The notes under the pieces were generated by a model that saw only the letters and a program-made list of their open reading frames with translations, made no database searches and was not told the origin of the DNA. A stretch of DNA of 64,000 bases from positions 21,712 through 85,711 of the forward strand of contig JALOTD010000007.1 of assembly GCA_025458105.1 (NCBI GenBank), read 5' to 3'. Each line of letters opens with the position of its first letter. The first letter of the stretch is position 1. Positions 45,119-54,976 of the stretch are shown piece after piece. The stretch comes from Tabrizicola sp. (lineage in GTDB: Bacteria; Pseudomonadota; Alphaproteobacteria; Rhodobacterales; Rhodobacteraceae). The position numbers were made by a program, and so were the translations under genes.

Positions 45119-45493
45119 TCATTCCTTTTCCATCGTGCATTGCAGCGGATGCTGGTGGCGGCGCGCGAAATCCATCACCTGTGCCACCTTGGTTTCCGCC
45201 ACCTCGAAGGAAAACACGCCCACCACCGCCAGGCCCTTCTTGTGGACCGTCAGCATGATGTCGAAGGCCTGCGCGTGATTCAGCCCGAAGAACCGCTCCA
45301 GCACATGCACGACGAACTCCATCGGCGTGTAGTCGTCGTTCAAGAGCAGCACCTTGTACAGGGGTGGGCGCTGGGTCTTGGCTTTCGGCTTGGTCAGAAG
45401 CGAGGTGTCGGGCCCGTTTCCATCCGTCTTGTCGGACAGTGTTGGGGGACGCATCGACACGGTGGGCTGCTCCTGGGGATTCGGGGGTTGCAT
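45119..45493 (-). CDS. clpS: ATP-dependent Clp protease adaptor ClpS
   Basis: [25 protein letters not shown]...[28 protein letters not shown]. The N-terminal start is uncertain. Confidence 0.9.
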   Translation of the reverse strand: MQPPNPQEQPTVSMRPPTLSDKTDGNGPDTSLLTKPKAKTQRPPLYKVLLLNDDYTPMEFVVHVLERFFGLNHAQAFDIMLTVHKKGLAVVGVFSFEVAETKVAQVMDFARRHQHPLQCTMEKE

Positions 45494-45566
45494 CTACCTG
45501 CGGAAATATAGCCTTTTTTGCCATGGCGAAAAGGGGCGGCGTTCGCACTCCCCAAAGCGAGGCACC

Positions 45567-46274
45567 ATGCTGACCACAATCGGGTTCGACGCCGACGATA
45601 CGCTCTGGCAGAACGAGGCGTTCTTTCGCCTGACACAAGACCGTTTCACAGCACTTCTGGCCGACCACGCCGAACCCGGCCACCTTGCCGAACGGCTGGA
45701 GGCCGCGGAACGCCGCAACCTTGGTCACTACGGCTTTGGCGTAAAGGGCTTCACCCTGTCGATGATCGAAACCGCGATCGAGGTGACCGAGGGCCGCGTC
45801 CCCGCCCGCGTGATCGGCGAGCTGATCGCTGCCGGCCGCGAGATGCTGGAACACCCGATCGAGCTTTTGCCCCACGCTCGCGCCACGGTTACCAGGCTCG
45901 CCGCCGATTACCGCGTGATCCTGATCACCAAGGGCGACCTCTTGGACCAGGAACGAAAGCTGGCACAATCCGGCCTTGGCGATCTTTTCCAGGCGGTCGA
46001 GATCGTCAGCAACAAGACCGAAGCCAGCTACCGCGCCATTTTCGCCCGCCACGGCACTGGGGCCGATCAGGCGATGATGGTCGGCAACTCGTTGAAATCC
46101 GACGTGATCCCGGCGCTTGCCGCCGGGGCCTGGGGGGTTCATGTGCCCCATGGCCTGACCTGGGCGCTGGAAGCCGCCGATCCCCCGGCGGACCATCGCC
46201 GTTTCCATGTTCTTCCGGACCTTGGCGCGCTTCCCCCGTTGGTCGACAACCTGCGCCCTCTGCGCAAGGGATAG
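45567..46274 (+). CDS. HAD-superfamily hydrolase
   Basis: MLTTIGFDADDTLW (DxDxT), ILITKGDL and MVGNSLKSDV. Confidence 0.8.
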   Translation: MLTTIGFDADDTLWQNEAFFRLTQDRFTALLADHAEPGHLAERLEAAERRNLGHYGFGVKGFTLSMIETAIEVTEGRVPARVIGELIAAGREMLEHPIELLPHARATVTRLAADYRVILITKGDLLDQERKLAQSGLGDLFQAVEIVSNKTEASYRAIFARHGTGADQAMMVGNSLKSDVIPALAAGAWGVHVPHGLTWALEAADPPADHRRFHVLPDLGALPPLVDNLRPLRKG

Positions 46275-46459
46275 CGGGCGCAGGGGGCATGTCCCTCAAG
46301 ATATGGCCAGACCGGGGGCCTGGTGCAGCATCCCGGCAACTGCATGAACTATGGCCTGAAACCCATTGGTATTTTTGGGTTTTCGGATTCACTTCCCTGT
46401 GCTAGCGTAGCACCCGAGGCAGAACAACGGCACCGGAAAACCGGGCCAACAGGCAAAGG

Positions 46460-48442
46460 GTGGGCGACGTGGCATCGCTTCTCGGGCGTATTTTGCGCGC
46501 AGGTTTCATGGCATTCGTGGTCCTCGCCGTCTTGGTGACGACCCCAATTCAGGCAGCTCCTTTCGCGGCGATCGTGATGGACGCGCGGACGGGCGAGATT
46601 CTTTATGAAAAGAACGCGCGCACCCGGCTGCATCCGGCGTCGCTGACCAAGATGATGACGCTTTACATCGTGTTTCAGGAACTGCAGGCCGGGCGCCTGA
46701 CGCTGGACACTAAGGTCACCGTCTCGAAATATGCCGCCTCGCAGCCCCCGTCACGTCTGGGCTTGAAGCAAGGCCAGAAGATTGCCGTCCGCTATCTGAT
46801 CCGTGCCGCTGCGGTGAAGTCGGCCAACGACGCTGCCGCCGCTCTGGGTGACCATATCTCGGGCGACCATGTGGCCTTTGCCAAACGGATGACCCGCACC
46901 GCCCGCCAGCTTGGCATGCACGACACCACCTTCAAGAACGCCCATGGCCTGACGGCGGAGGGTCATTTGTCCACCGCCTATGACATGAATGTGCTGGGGC
47001 GGCATCTCTTCTACGACTTCCCGCAGTACTACAACATCTTCTCGCGCCGCACCGCCGACGCCGGGATCGCCACGGTGACCAACACCAACTCGCGCTTTCT
47101 GGATAACTATGAGGGCGCCGACGGCATCAAGACCGGCTACACCAGCCCGGCAGGCTTCAACCTGACCGCATCGGCCAAGCGCGGGAACAAGCGCATCATC
47201 GCCACGGTCTTCGGCGGCACGTCGACTGCGAACCGCAACGCCAAGATGATGGAACTGATGGACCTCGGCTTTGGCGCGGCCAGGAACCGGGTCAAGGAAC
47301 AGCCCCCCGTGGCCCCGCATCCCGACGAGGCGTTGATCGCCTCTGCCGAGCCGCAGATCGACGAAATCGACGCTGAAGGCGGTGCGGGCAAGACCATTCG
47401 CATCTCGGGCGCGGTGACGACCTCGCCCCGGCCCAAAGCGCGCCCCGAAGTGCCTACGGTGCCGGATGCCGTTGCTGTTGCCATGGCTGCCGGAATCGAA
47501 GGGGCACTGGCCGAGGCGACCGCCGAACCCGCACCCGCAGGGACGCTCGACTTCCAGGCCGAAGCCATTGCCGCAGGCGAACCGCCCGTTCCAGAAGCCG
47601 TGGCAGAAGCCCCTGTCGACGTCGCCGCCGCCGAGGAGGCAGCCGATCCGGTTGCCGACACCCTCATAGCCGAAGCCGCCCAAGCGGAACCTGGCACACT
47701 GGACGCACAGGCCAGCGCTTTGGCCGCTGGAACCGCGCCCGTTGACACCGTTGTGGCCGAGCTTGCGCCTGATCCCGCCCTCGCCGAGATCAAGCCGATG
47801 CCCCGACCCGACACGATAGCCGCTAAAGCGCCTGTTGAACCTGCGCCCTCCGAGCCGGCCCCGGTCGCTGTGGCCGAAACCACCGAGACACCGGCAGCGC
47901 CGGCGGCCGAGGAGGTTCAGCTTGCTGCAGTCGAGCCCGCCCCCGAACTGCCCGCCGCCGAACTGCCCGCCCCTGAACTGGTAGTGACCGATCCCGGCCT
48001 GGTTGATGCTCCTCCAGCTGAACTGACGGTCGCTGAAACCGCGATGCCGGAAGTGACTGCCGTGGAAACCGTCGCTGCCGCTGCGACCGTGACCCCAGTT
48101 GAACCAGCCCCGGCTCGCCGCGCGCCGATCTTTGATGCGGTCGAGGTCGCCGAGGCCGAGGAACCGGCCCCCACCGAAGAAGTCGTGGTCGTCATGTCCA
48201 CTTCAGGCGGGCGGCACTTCGGGGTGAACGTAGGCGAGTATGGCTCGCGCTATGATGCCGAACGGGCGCTTCTGAAAACCGCGCTGGCCGAAAGCGCCAC
48301 GTTGAACGAAGGCTTGCGCAAGACCACTCAGACTGGCGGGGCCTGGCGGGCAAGCTTCATGGGCCTGACGGAAGAACAGGCAGAGCTGGCCTGCCGCCGC
48401 CTGCGCGCCCGCGCCGTGCCCTGTGAAACGGTGGGGGGCTAA
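46460..48442 (+). CDS. D-alanyl-D-alanine carboxypeptidase (S11) with Pro/Ala/Glu-rich linker and C-terminal SPOR domain
   Basis: SLTK, SAND and KTGYT motifs. A roughly 290-aa low-complexity region follows, then an SPOR-like tail (HFGVNVGEYGSRYDAERAL..WRASFMGLTEEQAELACRRL). An alternative ATG start is at 46508. Confidence 0.85.
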   Translation: MGDVASLLGRILRAGFMAFVVLAVLVTTPIQAAPFAAIVMDARTGEILYEKNARTRLHPASLTKMMTLYIVFQELQAGRLTLDTKVTVSKYAASQPPSRLGLKQGQKIAVRYLIRAAAVKSANDAAAALGDHISGDHVAFAKRMTRTARQLGMHDTTFKNAHGLTAEGHLSTAYDMNVLGRHLFYDFPQYYNIFSRRTADAGIATVTNTNSRFLDNYEGADGIKTGYTSPAGFNLTASAKRGNKRIIATVFGGTSTANRNAKMMELMDLGFGAARNRVKEQPPVAPHPDEALIASAEPQIDEIDAEGGAGKTIRISGAVTTSPRPKARPEVPTVPDAVAVAMAAGIEGALAEATAEPAPAGTLDFQAEAIAAGEPPVPEAVAEAPVDVAAAEEAADPVADTLIAEAAQAEPGTLDAQASALAAGTAPVDTVVAELAPDPALAEIKPMPRPDTIAAKAPVEPAPSEPAPVAVAETTETPAAPAAEEVQLAAVEPAPELPAAELPAPELVVTDPGLVDAPPAELTVAETAMPEVTAVETVAAAATVTPVEPAPARRAPIFDAVEVAEAEEPAPTEEVVVVMSTSGGRHFGVNVGEYGSRYDAERALLKTALAESATLNEGLRKTTQTGGAWRASFMGLTEEQAELACRRLRARAVPCETVGG

Positions 48443-48446
48443 GGCC

Positions 48447-49121
48447 ATGGTTGCGCTCGTATTCCCCGCTCTTCCTACCGTCACCCTCGCTGTGACCGGA
48501 CGCACTGAACGCTTCCCGGTTCGCCGCATCTTCTGCGTGGGCCGGAACTATGCCGAGCACGCGCGCGAGATGGGGGCTGATGACAAGGAGCCACCCTTCT
48601 TCTTCACCAAACCCGCCGACGCCGTGGTGGAAACCGGAAGTCGCATCCCCTATCCGCCAGCCACGGCAAACTTGCATCACGAAGGCGAGCTTGTCGTCGC
48701 CATCGGCAAGTCCGGCGCCATGGTGGCGGAAGAGGACGCGCCGAACCTGATCTGGGGTCACGCGGCCGGGAACGACCTGACCCGCCGCGATCTGCAGGCC
48801 GAAGCCAAGGCCTCGCGCCGTCCCTGGGATATGGCCAAGGGATTTGACAAGTCTGCGGTGGTAGGTCCGATCCGGCCCGGGCAGTTGCCCGACGCGGCGC
48901 TGCGCTGTTCGGTCAACGGTGCAATCCGCCAAGAGGCGCGGACCTCGGACATGATCTGGACGCCAGCGGCAATCATTGCTGCCCTGTCGCGGATGGTCAG
49001 CCTTTCGCCCGGCGACCTGATCTTCACCGGCACGCCCGCAGGCGTTGGCCCGCTGGGACGCGGCGACACCTGCAAGGTCGAGATCGACGGCCTGCAGTCG
49101 GCCACTGTCACCGTCGCCTGA
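48447..49121 (+). CDS. fumarylacetoacetate hydrolase (FAH) family protein
   Basis: RIFCVGRNYAEHAREMG..PFFFTKP..HEGELVVAIGK..GFD.S..VGP..GDLIFTGTPAGVG. Confidence 0.85.
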   Translation: MVALVFPALPTVTLAVTGRTERFPVRRIFCVGRNYAEHAREMGADDKEPPFFFTKPADAVVETGSRIPYPPATANLHHEGELVVAIGKSGAMVAEEDAPNLIWGHAAGNDLTRRDLQAEAKASRRPWDMAKGFDKSAVVGPIRPGQLPDAALRCSVNGAIRQEARTSDMIWTPAAIIAALSRMVSLSPGDLIFTGTPAGVGPLGRGDTCKVEIDGLQSATVTVA

Positions 49122-49881
49122 GGCAGCCGCACGCGCCGCGAAAGGCCGGGCCGCGCAGGGTACACGCTCGACCCCTCGCAGTCAGCGCGGTTCAGTTTCC
49201 GCCTCTTGCCCGGTCAAGATGCGGCGGCCTCTGATCTTCTGTGCGTCAGACTGTGAATCGGATCGGCCCGCTTCGGGTGCAGACGGATCGGTAGCCTTGC
49301 GCCCGCCCGCATCGGCTGTGCGCAAGGCTGCCGTGCTGCGATGGCTGGTCGGGTTCAACGATCCGGGACCTTTCGCCCGGGTTTGCAACCCCCTGGCAGG
49401 GGACCCGGTCGGTCGGATGGCTTGTCCACGGACGTCCAGGAGGGGGGCGATGCGACAACCCTCTGCAATCGCGTCGACCGCAGGACCAGCGCCGACGTAC
49501 CAGTTCAGGTCTTTGCGATGCCAGCCGAAAGTCCCCGATCGCAGGCAAGACATCGACGCCTCGTGCCGTCCGGCAGGCTGCGGCCTGCAGAGAGGGGGCA
49601 GAGCACGGCATCTGCTGCTGACCCGGCGGACCAAGAGCCAGATCAACCCGATGCCGAACCGTTGCGGCCTGTCAGTTGCAAACAAACTCTCGCAGGGGCA
49701 GGCCGCTGACCAGTCGGCAGGGGCCGACGATCCCGACCGTCGCCAGCGACGCACCCTACTGCACGGCAATTTCAATCCTTCGCGGCACTTCGGAAGAATC
49801 GCCTTACGCCGAGGGACGCCATCCTTGCCGTCATCCACCGGGTCCAAAGCGGGCCTGCGCCATTCATGGCAGGCCCGCGTC

Positions 49882-51153
49882 CTAGCCATTCTCGCGCAGC
49901 ACCGTCCCGGCCAGATAGAGCGAGCCGCAGATCAGCACGCGTGCTTCGGGTGATCCCGCCGCGATGGCCGTCAGCGCCTCGGCCACCGAACCGGCGGTCA
50001 CGGCTCTGATCCCCGCCGCCAGCGCGGCGTCGCGGGTCACCTCGGCGGGCAGCGTGTTCTTTTCGCCGGGGATCGAGACCGCGTGCAGCCGCGTGACCTG
50101 AGGCGCAAGGGGCCGCATGTAACCTGCCACGTCCTTGGTGTTCAACATCCCGCAGATCAGATGCGTCTCGCGCGCAGGCATCCGCGCCAGCGTCGCCGCC
50201 ACCGCCTCGCCCCCCGCCGGGTTGTGCCCACCGTCCAGCCAAAGCTCCACCTTGGGGGCCAGATCCACCAGCGGCCCGTGCCGCAGCCGTTGCATCCGCG
50301 CGGGCCAATACGCCCGCGTCACCGCCGCCTGGCACGCCGCCTCATCCCGCCCCAGAAGCCGCAGCGCTGCAATCGCCGCGCCTGCGTTCTGCACCTGATG
50401 CGGCCCCGGCAGGTTTGGCAGGGGCAGGTCCAGAAGCCCGTTCTCGTCCTGATAGACCAGCCGCCCGCGCTCTTCCCACACGTTCCACTGCTGCCCGAAG
50501 GCCCAGAGCGGCGCGCCCAGCGCCGCCGCCTTCGCCTCGATCACCGCCAGACCATCCGGAGCTTGTGGCCCAACGATCACCGGCACCCCGCGCTTGATGA
50601 TCCCGGCCTTCTCGCCCGCAATCTTCGCGATGGTGTCGCCCAGGAACGCCTCATGGTCCATCGACACAGGCGTGATGATCGTCAGCCGGGGCCGGTCCAC
50701 CACGTTCGTCGCGTCCAGCCGCCCGCCAAGCCCCACCTCCAAGAGCGTCCAGTCCGCAGGCACCCGCTGAAACCCAAGGAACGCCGCACAGGTGGTGATC
50801 TCGAAAAACGTGATCTCCTCCCCTCCGTTCGCGCCGACGCATTCGTCCAGAAGCGCGGTCAGCAGCTCTTCGGAAATCAGCTCTCCCGACAGCCGGATCC
50901 GTTCATGAAACCGCGCCAGATGCGGCGAGGTATAGGCGTGCACCCGGTCCCCGCCCGCCTCCAGACCCGCCCGGATCATGGCCTGAGTGCTGCCCTTGCC
51001 GTTCGTCCCGGCGATATGCACCACGGGCGGAATGGACCGCTCTGGGTTCCCCAGCGCCGCCAGCAACCGTTCGACGCGGCCCAGGGTCAGGTCAATGACC
51101 TTCGGGTGCAGCGTCATCATCCGCTCAAGGATGACGTCGGACGTTGCGCTCAC
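49882..51153 (-). CDS. folC: bifunctional folylpolyglutamate synthase / dihydrofolate synthase
   Basis: [25 protein letters not shown] and [13 protein letters not shown]. It lies downstream of accD, as is typical. Confidence 0.9.
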   Translation of the reverse strand: MSATSDVILERMMTLHPKVIDLTLGRVERLLAALGNPERSIPPVVHIAGTNGKGSTQAMIRAGLEAGGDRVHAYTSPHLARFHERIRLSGELISEELLTALLDECVGANGGEEITFFEITTCAAFLGFQRVPADWTLLEVGLGGRLDATNVVDRPRLTIITPVSMDHEAFLGDTIAKIAGEKAGIIKRGVPVIVGPQAPDGLAVIEAKAAALGAPLWAFGQQWNVWEERGRLVYQDENGLLDLPLPNLPGPHQVQNAGAAIAALRLLGRDEAACQAAVTRAYWPARMQRLRHGPLVDLAPKVELWLDGGHNPAGGEAVAATLARMPARETHLICGMLNTKDVAGYMRPLAPQVTRLHAVSIPGEKNTLPAEVTRDAALAAGIRAVTAGSVAEALTAIAAGSPEARVLICGSLYLAGTVLRENG

Positions 51154-52070
51154 GCCTTGGCTTCCGCAGGTTCCGGGGCCTTTTCGACCGGCGGAGGCGC
51201 CAGGTCACCCTTGATCGCAGGCGGCATCCCCATCAGCATCCGGATCAGCGTGACCAGCTCGTCCTTCATCGCCTTCCTGTGCACCACGCGGTCCAGCATC
51301 CCGTGATCCAGCAGATACTCGGCCCGCTGGAACCCTTCCGGCAGCTTCTCGCGGATCGTCTGTTCGATCACCCGCGCACCTGCAAACCCGATCTGAGCGT
51401 TCGGCTCCGCAATCTGCACATCGCCCAGCATAGCATAGCTGGCCGTCACGCCCCCGGTCGTCGGATGCGTCAGCACCACGATGTACGGAAGCCCCGCCTC
51501 TTTCAGCATCTGCACTGCGACCGTTGTGCGCGGCATCTGCATCAGGCTCAGCATGCCTTCCTGCATCCGCGCCCCTCCGCTGGCCGAGAACAGCACCAGC
51601 GGCCGCTTCAGCTTTACCGCCCGTTCGGCCGCCGCAATGATTGCGTTGCCGACATACATGCCCATGGACCCCGCCATGAACGAAAAATCCTGCGCCGCAG
51701 CGACAACAGGCGTCCGCAGCATCTCGCCCTCGGCCACCAGCATCGCATCCTTCTCGCCGGATGCCTTCTGCGCCGCCTTCACCCGCTCGGGATATTTCTT
51801 CTGGTCGCGGAACTGCAGCGGATCGGCCACGGGTTCGGGCACCTTCACCTCGGTGAAAATGCCGCCGTCGAACAGCGACGCAAAGCGCTCACGCGGGCTG
51901 ATCGCCATGTGGTGTTCGCAGTTGGAACAGACATTCAGGTTGGCCGACAATTCCCGGTGAAACAGCATCGTCCCGCATTCCGGGCACTTCGTCCAAAGAT
52001 TCTCCGGCACTTCGCGGCGCGAAAACAGCGAGTTGATCTTCGGTCGGACGTAGTTGGAAATCCAGTTCAT
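51150..52070 (-). CDS. accD: acetyl-CoA carboxylase carboxyltransferase beta subunit
   Basis: Start [12 protein letters not shown]. Zinc ribbon [16 protein letters not shown], and FSFMAGSMG. Confidence 0.92.
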   Translation of the reverse strand: MNWISNYVRPKINSLFSRREVPENLWTKCPECGTMLFHRELSANLNVCSNCEHHMAISPRERFASLFDGGIFTEVKVPEPVADPLQFRDQKKYPERVKAAQKASGEKDAMLVAEGEMLRTPVVAAAQDFSFMAGSMGMYVGNAIIAAAERAVKLKRPLVLFSASGGARMQEGMLSLMQMPRTTVAVQMLKEAGLPYIVVLTHPTTGGVTASYAMLGDVQIAEPNAQIGFAGARVIEQTIREKLPEGFQRAEYLLDHGMLDRVVHRKAMKDELVTLIRMLMGMPPAIKGDLAPPPVEKAPEPAEAKA

Positions 52071-52211
52071 GCGGCTTTGACCCTGCCCCTTGGCGACGCC
52101 TTCCCAGATATGCCGCCGGGCCTTGAAATGCAATCAGACAAGGCCCGCCGCCCCCGGTGAAACTTTTGCGCAAGCGATCCGTTGCTGAAGGCAGGACCGA
52201 AAGGATGTGCC

Positions 52212-53015
52212 ATGCCGACAGGACCGCTTGTGTACCGCCAACGCCTGCTGACCCGGATCACCCACTGGGTCTGGGCCGTCAGCCTGTTCTTCCTGATGCT
52301 GACGGGCCTGCAAATCTTCAACGCCTTTCCCAGCCTGCATATCGGGATGGAATCGGGCTTCGACTACGACAACGCAATACTGCAGATCGGCGCGCGGGAA
52401 ACGCCGGACGGTCTGCGAGGCGTGACCCGCGTCCTGGGGGCCGAATTCGACACGACCGGCATTCTTGGCGTCTCTGACGGCGAAGTGCGGGCCTTTCCGG
52501 CAGCCCTGACGATCCCGTCAAAGATCAGCCTCGCCACTGGCCGGGTGATCCATTTCTTCTTCGCCTGGGTGCTGGTGATCACTTTGGCCGTCTGGCTGGT
52601 CGCCTCGGCCGTGAACGGGCATCTGCGCCAACTGATCCCGACATGGGCAGACCTGAAGGCCCTGCCGCGCGACATTGCCGACCATGCCCGCCTGCGGTTT
52701 CACCACGGGGCAGAGTATGGCGTGCTGCAGAAGCTTGCCTATGCCTCGGTCCTGTTCGTGGCGCTGCCGCTGATGATCCTGACCGGGCTGTCCATGTCCC
52801 CCGGCTTCAACGCTGCCGCACCCTGGCTTCTGGATCTGTTCGGCGGCCGCCAGACCGCGCGGACGATCCACTTTCTGACCATGCTCGCGCTTCTGGGCTT
52901 CTTCGCCGTCCACATGGCGATGATCCTGCTGGCCGGGCCCCTGAACGAGATGCGGTCGATCCTGACCGGCTGGTATCGCACGGATGGAGACAAGGATGCC
53001 CGTTCCGATGATTGA
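52212..53015 (+). CDS. cytochrome b561/b-type membrane subunit (PhsC/YedZ-like partner)
   Basis: ATG at 52212 after AAGGA. RITHWVWAVSLFFLMLTGLQIF.., four or more TM helices with conserved His. It overlaps the downstream molybdoenzyme gene. Confidence 0.75.
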   Translation: MPTGPLVYRQRLLTRITHWVWAVSLFFLMLTGLQIFNAFPSLHIGMESGFDYDNAILQIGARETPDGLRGVTRVLGAEFDTTGILGVSDGEVRAFPAALTIPSKISLATGRVIHFFFAWVLVITLAVWLVASAVNGHLRQLIPTWADLKALPRDIADHARLRFHHGAEYGVLQKLAYASVLFVALPLMILTGLSMSPGFNAAAPWLLDLFGGRQTARTIHFLTMLALLGFFAVHMAMILLAGPLNEMRSILTGWYRTDGDKDARSDD

Positions 53016-53772
53016 CCGTCGCAAACTCCTTTTGGGCAGCGCAGCCCTGGCCCTGTCCGGCTGCAAGGTGTTCGACAGCGCCACCGATCGCGACAGTGCG
53101 CTCCGCCGCCTGTTCGCCAGCCACGAAGGCCTGACCCAGACCGCCCAGCGCGCGCTGATCGGCGACCGCCTCGCGCCCGAGTTCACCGAGGCCGACATCC
53201 GCCAGGGCCAGCGCCCGAACGGCTCCGTCGATCCCTCAGGGGCCGACTATCGCCAGATGGCCGAAACCGGCTTTGCCGACTATCGCCTGACTGTCTCCGG
53301 GTTGGTCGATACGCCCCTCTCCCTGTCGCTTGCCGATCTGACCGCTATGCCCTCGCGCACCCAGATCACCCGGCACGACTGCGTGGAAGGGTGGAGTTGC
53401 ATCGCCAAATGGCAGGGCGTTCCCCTTGGGACGGTCCTGACACTCGCCAAACCGAAACTGACCGCGCGCTATGCGGTCTTCCACTGCTATGACGCCATCG
53501 AGCGCAGCCTGTCGGGCGAGGTCTTCTACTACGAAAGCATCGACCTGCTGGACGCCTACCACGCTCAGACGATCCTGGCCTATGCGATGAACGGCGCGCC
53601 CCTGCCGGTGGCGAACGGCGCGCCCTTGCGGCTGCGGGTCGAACGGCAGCTGGGTTACAAGATGGCGAAGTACGTCCATACCATCGAGCTGGTGGACAGT
53701 TTCGCAGGCCTCGGTTTCGGCAAGGGCAGCTACTGGGCCGACCGGGGCTATGAATGGTACGCAGGGATCTGA
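52996..53772 (+). CDS. molybdopterin-dependent oxidoreductase (sulfite-oxidase fold), Tat/lipobox N-terminus
   Basis: DRRKLLLGSAALALSGC, followed by HDCVEGWSCIAKWQGVPL..NGAPLPV.NGAPLRL.V..QLGYKMAKYV. The start is 52996 (after GGAGA) or 53008. Confidence 0.8.
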   Translation: MPVPMIDRRKLLLGSAALALSGCKVFDSATDRDSALRRLFASHEGLTQTAQRALIGDRLAPEFTEADIRQGQRPNGSVDPSGADYRQMAETGFADYRLTVSGLVDTPLSLSLADLTAMPSRTQITRHDCVEGWSCIAKWQGVPLGTVLTLAKPKLTARYAVFHCYDAIERSLSGEVFYYESIDLLDAYHAQTILAYAMNGAPLPVANGAPLRLRVERQLGYKMAKYVHTIELVDSFAGLGFGKGSYWADRGYEWYAGI

Positions 53773-53778
53773 AGGACC

Positions 53779-53838
53779 CGCTCGTCGAAGACTTCGTCAC
53801 GCCTCGCTGACCTCCGACGAGACGACGAAGTCACGACG
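53779..53838. repeat. hairpin-forming intergenic repeat, copy B (copy A at 25590-25651)
   Basis: It has the same two cores as copy A, CGCTCGTCGAAGACTTCGTCA and GACGAGACGACGAAGTC. It again lies just after a plus-strand stop codon in a convergent spacer. Confidence 0.75.
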
Positions 53839-53903
53839 CATCAGGCGTTGCCTTAACTCCGCACCGGGCAAGCTCTGAAGCCGCCTGACCCATAGCGCAA
53901 GGA

Positions 53904-53977
53904 GTTAACGAACCGTGAATGTCCACAATCAAGCCATTGAAATCATTTAATTGTGGCGCACTGTCCACGCGTGGACA
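53904..53977 (-). repeat. 74-nt TGTCCAC-heptamer element, copy 1 (copy 2 at 63151-63223)
   Basis: Minus-strand reading: TGTCCACGCGTGGACA, then a 35-nt AT-rich spacer, then GTGGACATTCACGGTTCGTTAAC. It starts 3 nt after the recR stop. Confidence 0.8.
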
Positions 53978-53979
53978 CG

Positions 53980-54576
53980 TCATATCTTCCGCCGTGCCCG
54001 CAAGGCCGCCCCGATCGTCCCGTCGTCCAGATAGTCCAGTTCCCCCCCGATCGGCACCCCCTGCGCCAGGGTGGTGATCTGGGCCCCGGTCCCCGCCAGG
54101 GCATCGGCGATGTAATGGGCCGTCGTCTGCCCGTCGACCGTCGCGTTCAGGGCCAGGATGACCTCTGTCACCCCTTCGTCTGCCACCCGGGCCACCAGTC
54201 TGGGAATCCCCAGCTCCTCCGGCCCGACCGCGTCCAACGCGGACAGGGTGCCCCCCAGGACGTGATACCGCCCCTTGAAGACCTGCCCCCGCTCCATCGC
54301 CCAGAGGTCGGCCACATCCTCGACCACGCAGATCTCGCCCGTCGCGCGGGCGGGGTCAGAACAGATCCCGCAGACCTCCGTCGTCGAGATATTCCCGCAG
54401 ACCCGGCAATCCTTGGCCGCCAGCGCGACCTCGGCCAGGGATTGGGCGAGCGGAGCCATCAGCTGCGCCCGCTTCTTCAGCAGAACCAGCACCGCCCGCC
54501 GGGCCGACCTGGGGCCAAGGCCGGGCAGCCGGGCCATCAGCTCGATCAGCGCCTCGATGCCGGTTTCGTCCGCCAC
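53980..54576 (-). CDS. recR: recombination protein RecR
   Basis: [18 protein letters not shown], the zinc finger [16 protein letters not shown], and a Toprim region [13 protein letters not shown]. Confidence 0.93.
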   Translation of the reverse strand: MADETGIEALIELMARLPGLGPRSARRAVLVLLKKRAQLMAPLAQSLAEVALAAKDCRVCGNISTTEVCGICSDPARATGEICVVEDVADLWAMERGQVFKGRYHVLGGTLSALDAVGPEELGIPRLVARVADEGVTEVILALNATVDGQTTAHYIADALAGTGAQITTLAQGVPIGGELDYLDDGTIGAALRARRKI

Positions 54577-54577
54577 G

Positions 54578-54922
54578 TCAGAACGGCAGCTTCATGCCCG
54601 GCGGCACACCCATCGCCTCGGCAAGCTTGGTCATCTCGGCCTCGGTCCGGGCCTTGGCCTTTTCCTGTGCGTCATGAATGGCCGCAAGGATCAGGTCCTC
54701 GACCACCTCTTTCTCCGAGGCGACCAGGATCGACGGGTCGATGTCCAGCCCCGTCACCTCGCCCTTGGCCGTGGCGCGAGCCTTGACCAACCCGGCGCCC
54801 GCCTCGCCCACCACGACGATCCTGGCAAGTTCGCCTTGCAGTTCGGTGTACTTCATCTGCATTTCTGTAGCGGCCTTCATCATCTTGGCCATGTCGCCAA
54901 GCCCGCCCAAACCCTTCAGCAT
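54578..54922 (-). CDS. ybaB: nucleoid-associated protein YbaB/EbfC
   Basis: [32 protein letters not shown].., 114 aa, directly upstream of recR. Confidence 0.92.
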   Translation of the reverse strand: MLKGLGGLGDMAKMMKAATEMQMKYTELQGELARIVVVGEAGAGLVKARATAKGEVTGLDIDPSILVASEKEVVEDLILAAIHDAQEKAKARTEAEMTKLAEAMGVPPGMKLPF

Positions 54923-54976
54923 GTCGTTCTCCGTCCGTTTCCCCTGAAATACGGGCGCGCAAGGCCCGGCGCAAGG

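Noticed and set aside
47300-48180. Repetitive DNA considered as a CRISPR array or non-coding tandem repeat
   Set aside because: The repeats are imperfect and in frame. They lie inside a long ORF joining a carboxypeptidase domain to an SPOR domain, so this is coding low complexity.
49515-49545. CCGAAAGTCCCCGATCGCAGG as a possible RNase P RNA P4 motif (GAAAGUCC)
   Set aside because: The other universally conserved RNase P elements (for example ACAGAACCCGGCUUA) and the expected helices are absent from the surrounding 400 nt.
49045-49953. 302-aa plus-strand ORF, with 235-aa and 121-aa minus-strand ORFs in the same spacer, considered as genes
   Set aside because: All three overlap each other. 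They are Arg/Pro/Ser-rich, lack RBS-start context, show weaker third-position GC bias than the neighbouring FAH gene, and match no family I know.
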